Shown here piece after piece: positions 9,054 through 18,597 of a DNA stretch of 64,000 bases (within the stretch, counting starts at the first letter, position 1; the number at the start of each line of letters is the position of its first letter). The stretch comes from Bdellovibrionaceae bacterium UBA6776 (GTDB taxonomy: Bacteria; Bdellovibrionota; Bdellovibrionia; Bdellovibrionales; UBA1609). The DNA lies in the NCBI GenBank assembly GCA_002453155.1, contig DKGG01000011.1:32190-96189 (forward strand), in the 5' to 3' direction. The position numbers and the translations under genes are program-made. The notes under the pieces were generated by a model. It was given only the letters and a program-made list of their open reading frames with translations, had not been told where the DNA came from and made no database searches.

Positions 9054-10547
9054 ATGGAATTCACTGGGTACTTTTTGCCGGCACTTATACTTTTTCCTAT
9101 TTTAATCAATAGGTTAGCTAAACATTTCCCACGGCTCCTCTTGAGCCCAGTTTTGCTCTTAAGCCCCATCATCTTTGTCTATTTGACCGGCTTCAGTTTC
9201 TACCTTCATGAGCCCATAGAACTCACTCTCTATCAGTTCTCGACTTATTTTTCCCTGGGCGTGAGATTGGATGTTCTCTCGGGTTTGATCGCGATGACAG
9301 TTTCAACAATTGGAGCCGTAGTTGTCCGGTATTCTGTCAGATACCTAGAGGACGATCCTAAACGAATTCAATTCCAGAGGAATCTGTCATATACATTGAG
9401 TTTTGTTCTCTTCATGCTGATGTCCCCGAATTTGTTACTCTTTTTTGCAGCCTGGACGGGAACCTCTTACTTTTTACATCAGCTCCTCACACATTTTTCT
9501 CAAAGAGACGGAGCCCTTCGGGCCGCCCGCCAAAAATTCTGGGTCAGTCGCTTGGGCGATGTCTTTATTCTTTCTTCTGGTGCTGTGCTGTTCTTTGTTT
9601 TTAAAAGTTTAGAATTCCAGACACTGTTCTTGGCCGTTAAAAATCCGACCATCCTGGCAGAAAATGCATTTCTAATTAATCTTGCATCACTACTCCTCGT
9701 TTTTGGAGCGATGACGAAATCAGCTCAATTTCCATTTCACTATTGGTTGCCAAGGACGATGGAAACACCGACTCCAGTATCTGCGATCATGCACGCAGGA
9801 ATTATCAATGCCGGAGGATATCTCGTCATTCGCATGAGTCCAATCTTGGCCACAACTCCGGTCGCACTTTCTGTTTTGGCACTTGTCGGTGGGTTTACTG
9901 CATTCTTTGGGACATTGGTTATGTTTGCTCAAACCAATGTGAAAAAAAGTTTAGCCTATTCCACAATTGCTCAAATGGGCTTTATGATGCTTCAATGTGG
10001 ACTTGGCGCATTTTCCATAGCGACAGTACACATTGTTGGCCACGCCTTTTACAAGGCTTATGCTTTTTTAAGTTCGGGAACGGCCACAGACTTTGGAAAG
10101 TTGAATCGGTATTTCCCAAAAGTAAATTCCGAAAGCCCCTTTGGAATCGTCTTGATTCTAGGGTTATCTTCAGTTGCCTTCTTTTGGGGAACTCTCCACT
10201 ACTTAAACTCGAACATATTGAATGAATCTGGAGTTGCCATTCTTCTTTTGGTTCTCGCCTTGGCCGGTTCGCAAATCATCATAAATTCTAAAAAAAACAT
10301 AGACGGAGTTTCCATGGTGATCCTGATTGCTGGTCTTTATATTGGTCTTTCTGCAAGCGTTAAATTTCTACTTGGTGGAAGTGTTGCCGCGCAAGTCGCT
10401 GGAGAGGGATTGCTTCGAAATTCCACCTTTGCAATTTGCGCGTCCTTATTTGTCGGACTCTATTTCATTCAGAATAGCCTCGATAAAATTTCAGCCACTA
10501 AGATCGGAAAAAGAGTCTATGTCCGCGCATTGAAAGGAGGCTTCTAG
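9054..10547 (+). CDS. dabB: DabB: proton-conducting membrane subunit (NuoL/MrpA-like, PF00361) of a DAB inorganic-carbon pump
   Basis: Polytopic protein containing KSAQFPFHYWLP..ETPTPVSAIMHAG..NAGGYL, typical of PF00361. Its stop overlaps the start of a DUF2309 gene. Confidence 0.8.
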   Translation: MEFTGYFLPALILFPILINRLAKHFPRLLLSPVLLLSPIIFVYLTGFSFYLHEPIELTLYQFSTYFSLGVRLDVLSGLIAMTVSTIGAVVVRYSVRYLEDDPKRIQFQRNLSYTLSFVLFMLMSPNLLLFFAAWTGTSYFLHQLLTHFSQRDGALRAARQKFWVSRLGDVFILSSGAVLFFVFKSLEFQTLFLAVKNPTILAENAFLINLASLLLVFGAMTKSAQFPFHYWLPRTMETPTPVSAIMHAGIINAGGYLVIRMSPILATTPVALSVLALVGGFTAFFGTLVMFAQTNVKKSLAYSTIAQMGFMMLQCGLGAFSIATVHIVGHAFYKAYAFLSSGTATDFGKLNRYFPKVNSESPFGIVLILGLSSVAFFWGTLHYLNSNILNESGVAILLLVLALAGSQIIINSKKNIDGVSMVILIAGLYIGLSASVKFLLGGSVAAQVAGEGLLRNSTFAICASLFVGLYFIQNSLDKISATKIGKRVYVRALKGGF

Positions 10548-13051
10548 TGATAGAGCTACTGAAGTCAGGGAAAGAGCAAGGCGGAGACGAAATTCATCAA
10601 AAGCAAAAGGAAAGAGAAAGTCAGCAAATCAGTGGAAGGACGGTCTCTTTATTGAAAAAACTAAAAGAGGTCCGTCAAAGGCTCAGTCCACTTTGGGATG
10701 TTCGCGATTATGTGGCTGTGAACCCGTTTTTCGGATTTCGTCAAAAAACTTTCCTTGAGACCGCGAGGTACATCAATGAAGTTTCAAATTTGAATCTCTA
10801 TCCTAAAAAATCCTTTTTCAAAAAGAAGTACCAAAACGGCGAAATCACTCGAGAAGACTTGCAACTAGCAATTGATCAGTTCTTAGACGTTTCAGCCACA
10901 AGAGATCGCAAAAAAATCGATGTGAGTGATCTTCTGGAATTCATCCACCAGAATTCCTCAGAGAATAACCTTCAAAAAATTTTCGCAGTCAGTGATCGCT
11001 TTGATTGCGAAAATGAAAGCAAAGTGACAGAGCGAATCGCGAATGAAATTTCTCTTTGGGCCTCTGCATATTTTGACGAAACGCAAGCGGTTTGGTCCAT
11101 GCCCAAAGAGGGATTGCGTTTTTATTCTTGGTGGAAATCTTTGGCTCAGTTTGACAGTGCGACATTTGAAAACGGAGTTTCTGTCAAAGAATGGGCAAGA
11201 ACTCTACCAGAGGATCCGGAAAAAGCACTGGAAGAATTGACTCAGATCCTCATGGAAAAAGCAGATCTAAGTGCAGAGTCCTTGGGAGATTATTTTTATC
11301 GCCTTCTGTTTTCGATCCTTGGATGGGCTTCTTTCTTTCAACGAATCGAATTTGAGGCAGATCGCTCCGGAGATTTTACTGAACTTAATGCTAAAGGGGG
11401 ATTGATCGATATTCTTGTCGTAAGAATGACCTACGATATTCTTTTCATCGATCAAATTTCAGATCGGACCCTGAAATCTAAAGTTTTGAAGCATCAAGTT
11501 GATAAGGAATTGGAATTCCAGAATGTTTGGCTTGAAGCTGCTGAAATTGCCTATCGAAATAAGATTGAAAGACTTCTGATCAGTTCTCGGTCCAATCGAA
11601 ACTTTAAGAATCACTATGATGCTCAAATGGCATTTTGCATTGATGTTCGCAGTGAAGTGATGCGCAGGCATATTGAAAGTCTGGCTCCAAACATTCAAAC
11701 AATCGGATTTGCAGGATTTTTTGGAATGCCCATTTCCTTTAAGGCCTTTGGTCATCACGGAGCTGATCAAAACTGCCCCGTCCTTCTCAATGCGCCGGTT
11801 CAGGTTTGTGAAGAAGCCACGAGCTGCGAAGAAGACCTTAGCCAAAAAAAGAGCGCATTTGTTGAACGAAAGAGTCATTTAAAAAGTATCCAGTACTCTG
11901 CAAATTCGGGATTTTCGTTTGCTGAAACTCTGGGCTTTGGATACGCATGGAAGATCTTAAAGTCAGGTTTAGGTTTATCCAAACCAAACATCAACTTGCG
12001 AGACATGGGTCTTTCTGTGTCGGACAAAAGGAAACTTCATTTGAATCTTATCGAGATTCCTTTGAAAACCAAAGTTAGACTGGCACACTCCGCGCTCAAA
12101 AATATGTCATTAACATCCAATTTCGCAAAATATGTATTTTTCTTTGGGCATGGAAGTGAATCAGCAAACAACCCCTACGAATCTGCATTGGATTGTGGAG
12201 CTTGCGCCGGTCACAACGGACATGCCAACGCGAAGCTTCTGGCCGCAATTTTGAATGAAAGCCAGGTTCGACAAGAACTTCGAGCAATGGGCATTGAAAT
12301 TCCCAATGAAACTGTATTTCTGGCGGGTTGGCACAATACGACTAAGGACATTTTAGAATTCGATAGGATCGAGTCCCTGAGCTCGGAAGAACTTTTAGAC
12401 CTCGAGAAGTATTCAAAGATCTTTGAAAAGGCAGGCGAAAACAGTCGCACGGAGCGAGCGCAGATTCTTCCAGGTGCAGCTAAAGATAATGGCCGTGAGC
12501 TTGAAGAGGAATTTCGTTTAAGGGCCAATGATTGGTCTGAACTTCGACCGGAGTGGGGTTTGGCAAGAAATGCGTGTTTCGTCGTTGGACGAAGGGAACT
12601 CACTCGAAATTTAGATCTCGAGGGGAGAGCTTTCCTTCACGATTATGACTTTGCAAAGGATTCCGATCTTTCCGTGTTGGAGTTGATCATGACGGCTCCT
12701 ATGATCGTAACAAACTGGATCAACATGCAGTATTATGCCAGCACCATAAACCCCGAGAAGTTTGGGACTGGAAATAAAACTCTGAACAATGTGATGGGTG
12801 GAATAGGTTGTATTCAGGGTAACGAAAGCGATCTTTTAGGGGGCCTTTCGGAACAGTCTGTTTGGTATCAGGGTGAATATTTTCACGAGCCGCTTCGGCT
12901 TCAAGTCTTTATAGAAGCAGATTTGTTTTCCATTCAACAAATCGTCGAACGACACGAGATGGTTCGAGATTTAATCTCTAATAACTGGCTTAAAGTGATA
13001 TCAATCCACCCTGAAACGGGGGAAATGAATCCCTTTCAACGCAAATTATAG
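10547..13051 (+). CDS. dabA: DabA: DUF2309/UPF0753 protein, the carbonic-anhydrase-like subunit of the DAB pump
   Basis: 834 aa. Contains AFCIDVRSE and GHGSES..ALDCGACAGH, consistent with the Cys/Asp/His/Cys metal site of DabA. GTG start overlaps the dabB TAG (TAGTG). Confidence 0.85.
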   Translation: MIELLKSGKEQGGDEIHQKQKERESQQISGRTVSLLKKLKEVRQRLSPLWDVRDYVAVNPFFGFRQKTFLETARYINEVSNLNLYPKKSFFKKKYQNGEITREDLQLAIDQFLDVSATRDRKKIDVSDLLEFIHQNSSENNLQKIFAVSDRFDCENESKVTERIANEISLWASAYFDETQAVWSMPKEGLRFYSWWKSLAQFDSATFENGVSVKEWARTLPEDPEKALEELTQILMEKADLSAESLGDYFYRLLFSILGWASFFQRIEFEADRSGDFTELNAKGGLIDILVVRMTYDILFIDQISDRTLKSKVLKHQVDKELEFQNVWLEAAEIAYRNKIERLLISSRSNRNFKNHYDAQMAFCIDVRSEVMRRHIESLAPNIQTIGFAGFFGMPISFKAFGHHGADQNCPVLLNAPVQVCEEATSCEEDLSQKKSAFVERKSHLKSIQYSANSGFSFAETLGFGYAWKILKSGLGLSKPNINLRDMGLSVSDKRKLHLNLIEIPLKTKVRLAHSALKNMSLTSNFAKYVFFFGHGSESANNPYESALDCGACAGHNGHANAKLLAAILNESQVRQELRAMGIEIPNETVFLAGWHNTTKDILEFDRIESLSSEELLDLEKYSKIFEKAGENSRTERAQILPGAAKDNGRELEEEFRLRANDWSELRPEWGLARNACFVVGRRELTRNLDLEGRAFLHDYDFAKDSDLSVLELIMTAPMIVTNWINMQYYASTINPEKFGTGNKTLNNVMGGIGCIQGNESDLLGGLSEQSVWYQGEYFHEPLRLQVFIEADLFSIQQIVERHEMVRDLISNNWLKVISIHPETGEMNPFQRKL

Positions 13052-13071
13052 ATTCAATAACAGGAGGACTT

Positions 13072-13494
13072 ATGGAGCTAGACGTAAAAGCAATTTCACA
13101 AAGGAAATATGACTTCGTTTGGAGTGATCCCATGCACACCACTTCCGTACAGGTTACTCTCCCAAACTTGGCCCAGCTCGAATGTTCCGTTTGGGGGGAT
13201 TGGGGAAAGATGTATGAGTTCAGGCTCACCGAGGTGGAGTTTGTCACAATCAAATATAATTTTGAGGAAACCAATTACTCGCAAAGGATTTTACAGATTG
13301 AATCTCCAATGGCTGCAAAGGAAAGAGAAATGTTTCCCTTTTTCTTGACCATTGAAGATAGGGAAAAAGGACTGAGGTTTCAGATCTACCTGAGAAAAGA
13401 TTATGAAATGGGCAAGGTAGAGGTTCTTCGTAGAGAAGATCGTGTGAAGCTCTTTGAAAGAAAGGATTCTGAAATCTTCTCTCGAATGGCTTAG
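13072..13494 (+). CDS. Hypothetical protein
   Basis: 140-aa ORF 20 nt after dabA with AGGAGGA upstream; no family recognised. Confidence 0.55.
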   Translation: MELDVKAISQRKYDFVWSDPMHTTSVQVTLPNLAQLECSVWGDWGKMYEFRLTEVEFVTIKYNFEETNYSQRILQIESPMAAKEREMFPFFLTIEDREKGLRFQIYLRKDYEMGKVEVLRREDRVKLFERKDSEIFSRMA

Positions 13495-13497
13495 GTC

Positions 13498-14370
13498 GTG
13501 AATTTGCATCATCCCTACAGGGGAGTACACATAGCGTTGAGTACTATGCATGGAAAAGAGCAGATTCTGGGTCCGCTTTTTCAAGAAATTTTTAATGCCA
13601 AGGTTCTGGTTCCCCAGGATATGAACACGGATATATTCGGGACTTTTTCTGGAGAAGTGCCTCGTAAAAAAGACATTAAGGATGTTTTGAGAAAAAAGGC
13701 CGACCTTGGAATGAGGATTTCCGGTCATAAATACGGAATTGCAAGTGAAGGAAGCTTTGGACCACATCCATGGATTCCCTTTGCTTCCTGCAATCAAGAA
13801 TTTTTAATCTTTAAAGACCTTGAGAGGGATATTGAAGTATTTTCGACGGTCATCAGTTTGAACAGTCGAGCTGATTCGATTCAGATTCAGAAATTGAGTG
13901 AAGCTCAAGATTTTTTCCGAAAAATTGGCTTCGGATCTCAAGGTGTCATTGTGAGGCCCCCAGAGAATCTAAAAAATTGTGAAAAATATATTTTTAAAGG
14001 CCTGCGGGAATTTCGGGATGTAGAAAGTGCTTTTCTCCAGATCAAGCGAGATCTAAATGTTCAAAAGATCGTTATTGAGACCGACAATCGATGTCATATG
14101 AGTCCTCGGCGTCAAAAAGTCATATTTAATTCAGGACAACTTCTTGTTGAAACGCTATGCTCACTTTGTCCTGAGTGCGGCGTTCCTGGATTTGAGATGT
14201 TCGATTATTTAAGGGGCCTGCCTTGCTCAGAATGCGGAACAAGATCTGACAAACCCCAAAAGGAACTTTGGCGGTGTCCAAGTAAAAACTGCACTTATCA
14301 AGAAGAGCGAGGGCGATTGGACGGACTTCAAAGTCTGGACCCCTCAGAGTGTGATGAGTGCAATCCTTGA
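13498..14370 (+). CDS. DUF6671-like protein with C-terminal Cys-rich zinc-ribbon region
   Basis: STMHGKE..GTFSGEVPR..ASEGSFGPHP pattern; C-terminal CSLCPECG..CSECG..CPSKNC..CDECN. Confidence 0.6.
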   Translation: MNLHHPYRGVHIALSTMHGKEQILGPLFQEIFNAKVLVPQDMNTDIFGTFSGEVPRKKDIKDVLRKKADLGMRISGHKYGIASEGSFGPHPWIPFASCNQEFLIFKDLERDIEVFSTVISLNSRADSIQIQKLSEAQDFFRKIGFGSQGVIVRPPENLKNCEKYIFKGLREFRDVESAFLQIKRDLNVQKIVIETDNRCHMSPRRQKVIFNSGQLLVETLCSLCPECGVPGFEMFDYLRGLPCSECGTRSDKPQKELWRCPSKNCTYQEERGRLDGLQSLDPSECDECNP

Positions 14371-14668
14371 AAGTCGCGAGAAAAAGCTAAGAGAGGCCAG
14401 TATGGAAAAGTACCTCAGCGAAGTAACCCAAATATACCTTAAGTCGGGAAAGCCATTTCCTAGAGACCGTGAAAAGCACCTTCAAGAAAGGAATTTTAAG
14501 ACAAAATATAAACTCTACGACCTGGATGAAAAGAAATTTTCAAAGGCGACAAAGGCAGGCTACAGCGAAAAATTTTCCAATGAGCTCGGAGAAAGCTCAG
14601 ATTCTAAGTTCAGTGTGTCCGTGGCTACTGGCAGTGGGGATCTGGAGATTAAAAAGATTCAACAATAA
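14351..14668 (+). CDS. Hypothetical charged protein
   Basis: ORF overlaps the previous stop; no family recognised; the start could instead be the ATG at 14402. Confidence 0.4.
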   Translation: MMSAILESREKKLREASMEKYLSEVTQIYLKSGKPFPRDREKHLQERNFKTKYKLYDLDEKKFSKATKAGYSEKFSNELGESSDSKFSVSVATGSGDLEIKKIQQ

Positions 14669-14810
14669 CTTGTGGGTTCAGATTTCTTGAAGGCGTCTGA
14701 GCTTACCGACATAGTTCCAGTGAAAAAAGTATCAGTATCTTTGATTCTAAATTTTAAGAGTGATTTCTTCTGTGGAAATGATAACTAAGAAATAGGAAGA
14801 GGGGGTATTC

Positions 14811-15215
14811 ATGAAAAAATTAATGGTCGTTGGAATGTTGATCGCATCTGTTTTTGGCGTTGGTGCCAGTGCGGACATCATCAATTGCAGTTTTACCGAA
14901 CCGTTTTACACAACCACTTACAGCATGGTTCAGCAAAGCCTGACGGTAAAGGACATCGAAGGCAACGTGTCGGTAATTCCAAATGTGTCCTTTCAAATTA
15001 TGGGACCTGCTCATTTTGAACTTTGGGATGCCGATCGAAATGTGCTTCAGGTTTTGATGCTGAATTACAGTGGATCTGATGGAATGAGTGATAACATTTA
15101 TCCTTATGACGTGAAGTCATCAGGCAAGGTCTATAACCCTGGTGCAAACGGCGGAATTGGAGGCTGTACTTCCAACTTTCTTCTCATTCCACCAAATCCT
15201 GAACCTGGGAACTAA
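14811..15215 (+). CDS. Secreted hypothetical protein
   Basis: Signal peptide MKKLMVVGMLIASVFGVGASA; GAGGGGG Shine-Dalgarno; followed by a strong terminator. Confidence 0.65.
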   Translation: MKKLMVVGMLIASVFGVGASADIINCSFTEPFYTTTYSMVQQSLTVKDIEGNVSVIPNVSFQIMGPAHFELWDADRNVLQVLMLNYSGSDGMSDNIYPYDVKSSGKVYNPGANGGIGGCTSNFLLIPPNPEPGN

Positions 15216-15241
15216 GACTCCATAAAAGAAACTTGTTTTTT

Positions 15242-15279
15242 AAATCTCACACTCTGAAAATGGGTGTGAGATTTTTTTT
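15242..15279 (+). terminator. Rho-independent terminator
   Basis: Stem AAATCTCACAC/GTGTGAGATTT followed by a T8 run. Confidence 0.8.
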
Positions 15280-15294
15280 ATGAGGGGAGCAAAA

Positions 15295-15663
15295 GTGAAG
15301 TACTTGGGTATTTTTTTGATGTTTTTAGTTTCTTGCACACAAAAAGACGCTCCCAAAATGTCCGTTGAAGAATACGACAAAAACACTCAGCTGATACTTC
15401 AAGTCTCTGAGAAGTTTATGGACGATCCCGATGTAGAAAAGCTCCATAAAGTGATTGTGGATTTTCAATTTTCCCGTGCAGTCACTTGTGATGATGTGGA
15501 CGGAGAGTGCCGCAAATACAGCAACTTCCTGCAAATGCTGATCGATGATTCTAAAAACGGTGAGTTTTCTCCCGAAGAGCGAGTCGCTCATGTCAAAGCT
15601 TTTGAAGATTTAAAAAAGTCCATCAAATCCAGTCGCGAAGTTTTGGAAAAATTAAACAACTAG
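15295..15663 (+). CDS. Lipoprotein, hypothetical
   Basis: GTG start after AGGGGAG; lipobox FLVSC. The ORF-track ATG at 15280 lies inside the terminator T-run. Confidence 0.65.
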   Translation: MKYLGIFLMFLVSCTQKDAPKMSVEEYDKNTQLILQVSEKFMDDPDVEKLHKVIVDFQFSRAVTCDDVDGECRKYSNFLQMLIDDSKNGEFSPEERVAHVKAFEDLKKSIKSSREVLEKLNN

Positions 15664-16769
15664 CCTTCAACCAGTTTTAAAAAGGAATGGATCATTCCTT
15701 TTAGCTTTGCTGAACCGGCACTTAAATTTTGAGCTGAATCTGCGATTTCGTTGGCAGCCACAGAGTTTTTTTGTGTGGTGGATTCCATTTCATAAATCGA
15801 CTTCACCATTTCGGAAATTCCCTTTTCTTGCTCCAGTGATGCTTGCTCGATGGTGACCATTTTCTCCTCCATCTGAACAGAAGTTTGGGCCAATTCGTCG
15901 AGCATTTGCTTCGTTGCAGAGATAGCTCTAGAACTCTCGACAATTCTTTCCTCAGAAGATTTCACCAAGTCATTTGCTTTACTCTGGCTTTCCTTAACGA
16001 CGGAACTAACCTCTACAATGCTTTGTTCGACAATTTCAAAAATATCGGCTGCGGCGGACCCACTCATTTCTGCCAAATTTCCAATTTCTTGGGCCACAAC
16101 AGCAAAACCTTTACCATGTTCTCCGGCGCGTTCAGCTTCAACAGAGGCATTGAAAGACAGCAATTTCGTTTGAAAGACGATATCGTGAATGGCCTTGGTT
16201 TTTTCCTGAATTTGAGAAATGATTTCTACAATGTTCGCAAATTTCTGATTATTTTCGCGAAGTTGATCCACAGATCCTTTCGTACTGGATTCCAATTTTT
16301 CGACAGAGGCAGCTGCCGACTGAGCGACTTCACCTCCTTCAAGAGCCTTTTTCCGATTGGATTGAGCCAAATCTTTTGCAGCGGTGACCGCGTTGATGTT
16401 TTGGCTGACCATGGATTTTAACTCCTCGGTTGAGGAAGAGGCCTCCGCCAAAAAGGAACTTTGCTCCATAACAGCACTTGCTACCGCTTCACTGAGATCG
16501 GCCAAGGCTTTGGAAGTACGTTCGACAGAATCTCCCTCTGGCGTAAGCTCCATTTTCACCAACGCTTTGAGGTCTCGGATCAGCATGCGTTTAACCAACC
16601 AGAAGGAGATCACGCCAATCATAGATCCAGCGATTACACAGCCGAGGCTAAACCAAAGCTTGAGGCCGGGAAGAAATTCCACAAAAAATCCCGCATAAAT
16701 CGGAAAGATTAGGCCCATTAAAATTCCAAAGGAAAGCATGCTCAGTTGAAGGCGTCGAAGAATAGACAT
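15660..16769 (-). CDS. Methyl-accepting chemotaxis protein with minimal sensing region
   Basis: Two N-terminal TM helices, then an MCP signalling domain (EAERAGEHGKGFAVVAQEIGNLAEMS). Confidence 0.9.
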   Translation of the reverse strand: MSILRRLQLSMLSFGILMGLIFPIYAGFFVEFLPGLKLWFSLGCVIAGSMIGVISFWLVKRMLIRDLKALVKMELTPEGDSVERTSKALADLSEAVASAVMEQSSFLAEASSSTEELKSMVSQNINAVTAAKDLAQSNRKKALEGGEVAQSAAASVEKLESSTKGSVDQLRENNQKFANIVEIISQIQEKTKAIHDIVFQTKLLSFNASVEAERAGEHGKGFAVVAQEIGNLAEMSGSAAADIFEIVEQSIVEVSSVVKESQSKANDLVKSSEERIVESSRAISATKQMLDELAQTSVQMEEKMVTIEQASLEQEKGISEMVKSIYEMESTTQKNSVAANEIADSAQNLSAGSAKLKGMIHSFLKLVEG

Positions 16770-16863
16770 AGAGTCAAATTTTATTGAGTCTTTTGAGAAT
16801 TGTCACATTTTGTATGTTCGGTACAATGACTGAGGTCCAGAAGGATCAATTGGGGAGTTCACC

Positions 16864-17649
16864 TTGGGTGTAGCCGTTTCACAGCCCGCGATATTTTTAG
16901 GTCATGGTTCCCCCATGAATGCCATCAACGAGAACGATTACACACGGGCGCTTAAGGGATGGAAGAAGCCAGAGCTTCCACCGAAGGCGATCCTGGTGAT
17001 TTCAGCCCATTGGGAAACCGAAGGGACCTGGATCACGGGAATGGACCACCCGCAAACCATCCATGACTTTTTTGGATTTCCTAAAGCGCTCTTTGAGGTT
17101 CAGTGCCCAGCTCCTGGGGATGGGAAATTGGCTCAAAAAATTGCGACCGATTTGCCAGATCAAAATATCCAAGTGGATCAGGAAGCTTGGGGCTTGGATC
17201 ATGGAACTTGGGCCGTCCTCTGTCACATTTATCCTGAGGCAAACATTCCGGTGCTTCAGTTGAGCTTGGACAAAAAGAAATCGCTCAAAGAGCATTATGA
17301 ATTGGGAAGACAGCTCAATTATTTAAGAGATGAAGGTGTGATGATTTTAGGAAGTGGAAATATTGTTCACAACCTTAGAGCCATTGACTGGAATCTCAAT
17401 GCAAAACCCCATCATTGGAATGTGGAATTTGATGAGTGGGTGGCCAAACATCTGGAAGATAAAAATTTTCAGCCCCTGGTGGAATCTCCTTTGAAGTCTG
17501 AGGCGGGTCGTTTGAGCATTCCCACTCTAGAGCACTATTTGCCTCTCTTGTATGTGATTGGGGCTGCGGACCCAAGGGATTCTTTGGACTACCTCTTTGA
17601 GGGCTACCAAAATGCGTCTATGTCCATGCGCTGTTTGAGTTTTGGATAG
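16864..17649 (+). CDS. Class III extradiol dioxygenase (4,5-DOPA dioxygenase, YgiD-like)
   Basis: PAIFLGHGSPMNA..ISAHWET..TIHDFFGFP..CPAPG closely follows the YgiD pattern; TTG start after GGGGAG. Confidence 0.85.
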   Translation: MGVAVSQPAIFLGHGSPMNAINENDYTRALKGWKKPELPPKAILVISAHWETEGTWITGMDHPQTIHDFFGFPKALFEVQCPAPGDGKLAQKIATDLPDQNIQVDQEAWGLDHGTWAVLCHIYPEANIPVLQLSLDKKKSLKEHYELGRQLNYLRDEGVMILGSGNIVHNLRAIDWNLNAKPHHWNVEFDEWVAKHLEDKNFQPLVESPLKSEAGRLSIPTLEHYLPLLYVIGAADPRDSLDYLFEGYQNASMSMRCLSFG

Positions 17650-17719
17650 ACATTAGAAAAGAGGATTTCATGGCGACGGTTGCAATTGGAAAAATCGGCT
17701 AGAAGCTTTTAGCGATGGC

Positions 17720-18259
17720 GTGCTTGCCATTGTCATTACGATTATGGTTTTGGAACTGAAAGTTCCCCATGGGGATTCCTTTGAAGTGCTTCAAAATCTT
17801 TTTCCGGTCTTTTTAAGCTATATTTTGAGTTTTGTTTACATCGCGATCTACTGGAACAACCACCATCATATGATTCACACTTGCAAATCCGTCACCGGTG
17901 GAATTTTGTGGGCAAATCTTCATTTGCTCTTTTGGCTTTCATTGGTTCCATTTTCCACGGGTTGGATGGGGGAAAATCATTTCACGTCCGTCCCAACACT
18001 TCTTTATGGATTGAATCTTCTTTTTGCGGCACTTGCTTACTTTGTTTTGCAAAGGACGATCATTCACAGTCAGGGAAAGAATTCCATTCTTAAGAAGGCC
18101 ATTGGATCCGATTGGAAGGGAAGAGTCTCTCCTTTGATCTACAATGCAGCCATTGCCGCGTCCCTTTGGACCCCTATGGTGGCTCTGCTTCTTTATGCCT
18201 TGCTGGCATTGATCTGGATTGTGCCGGATCAAAGAATCGAAAAGGTTTATCGGCAATAA
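17720..18259 (+). CDS. TMEM175/DUF1211-type potassium channel; N-terminus unresolved (see findings)
   Basis: LAIVITIMVLELKVP and multiple TM helices. The conserved RLEAFSDG is encoded in frame upstream of the listed GTG start, with no ATG in that frame. Confidence 0.8.
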   Translation: MLAIVITIMVLELKVPHGDSFEVLQNLFPVFLSYILSFVYIAIYWNNHHHMIHTCKSVTGGILWANLHLLFWLSLVPFSTGWMGENHFTSVPTLLYGLNLLFAALAYFVLQRTIIHSQGKNSILKKAIGSDWKGRVSPLIYNAAIAASLWTPMVALLLYALLALIWIVPDQRIEKVYRQ

Positions 18260-18315
18260 TGTCGAATTTCCTCTAAGGAATAAAGTAAAGAAGGAATTAC
18301 CAAGCAAAGATCTGC

Positions 18316-18597
18316 GTGATTCCAAGGACTTCTCTTGCTAGGTTCAATCCCATAGTGGGGGCCCCAGTGAGTCGCAATATCAAAGCCGTTATTTTTGGAA
18401 TTTTAATGATCAGTCTTTCTTCGGCAGCCCGTGAGGGCCTGATGGAAGGCGCTTTTATCAATGAATTCACTCCCTATCATCAAGTGTTGGTTCGAGAGGC
18501 CAAGGACTTACAAGACTTCTATGTTTCTGACTACTTGGGAATGTGGGAAGACCAAGATCTAAATGTCCTTCGCCGATGGTGGGCCGTTCGTCTATGA
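18316..18597 (+). CDS. Hypothetical protein
   Basis: ORF only; ATGA overlap with the next ORF suggests coupling. Confidence 0.35.
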   Translation: MIPRTSLARFNPIVGAPVSRNIKAVIFGILMISLSSAAREGLMEGAFINEFTPYHQVLVREAKDLQDFYVSDYLGMWEDQDLNVLRRWWAVRL

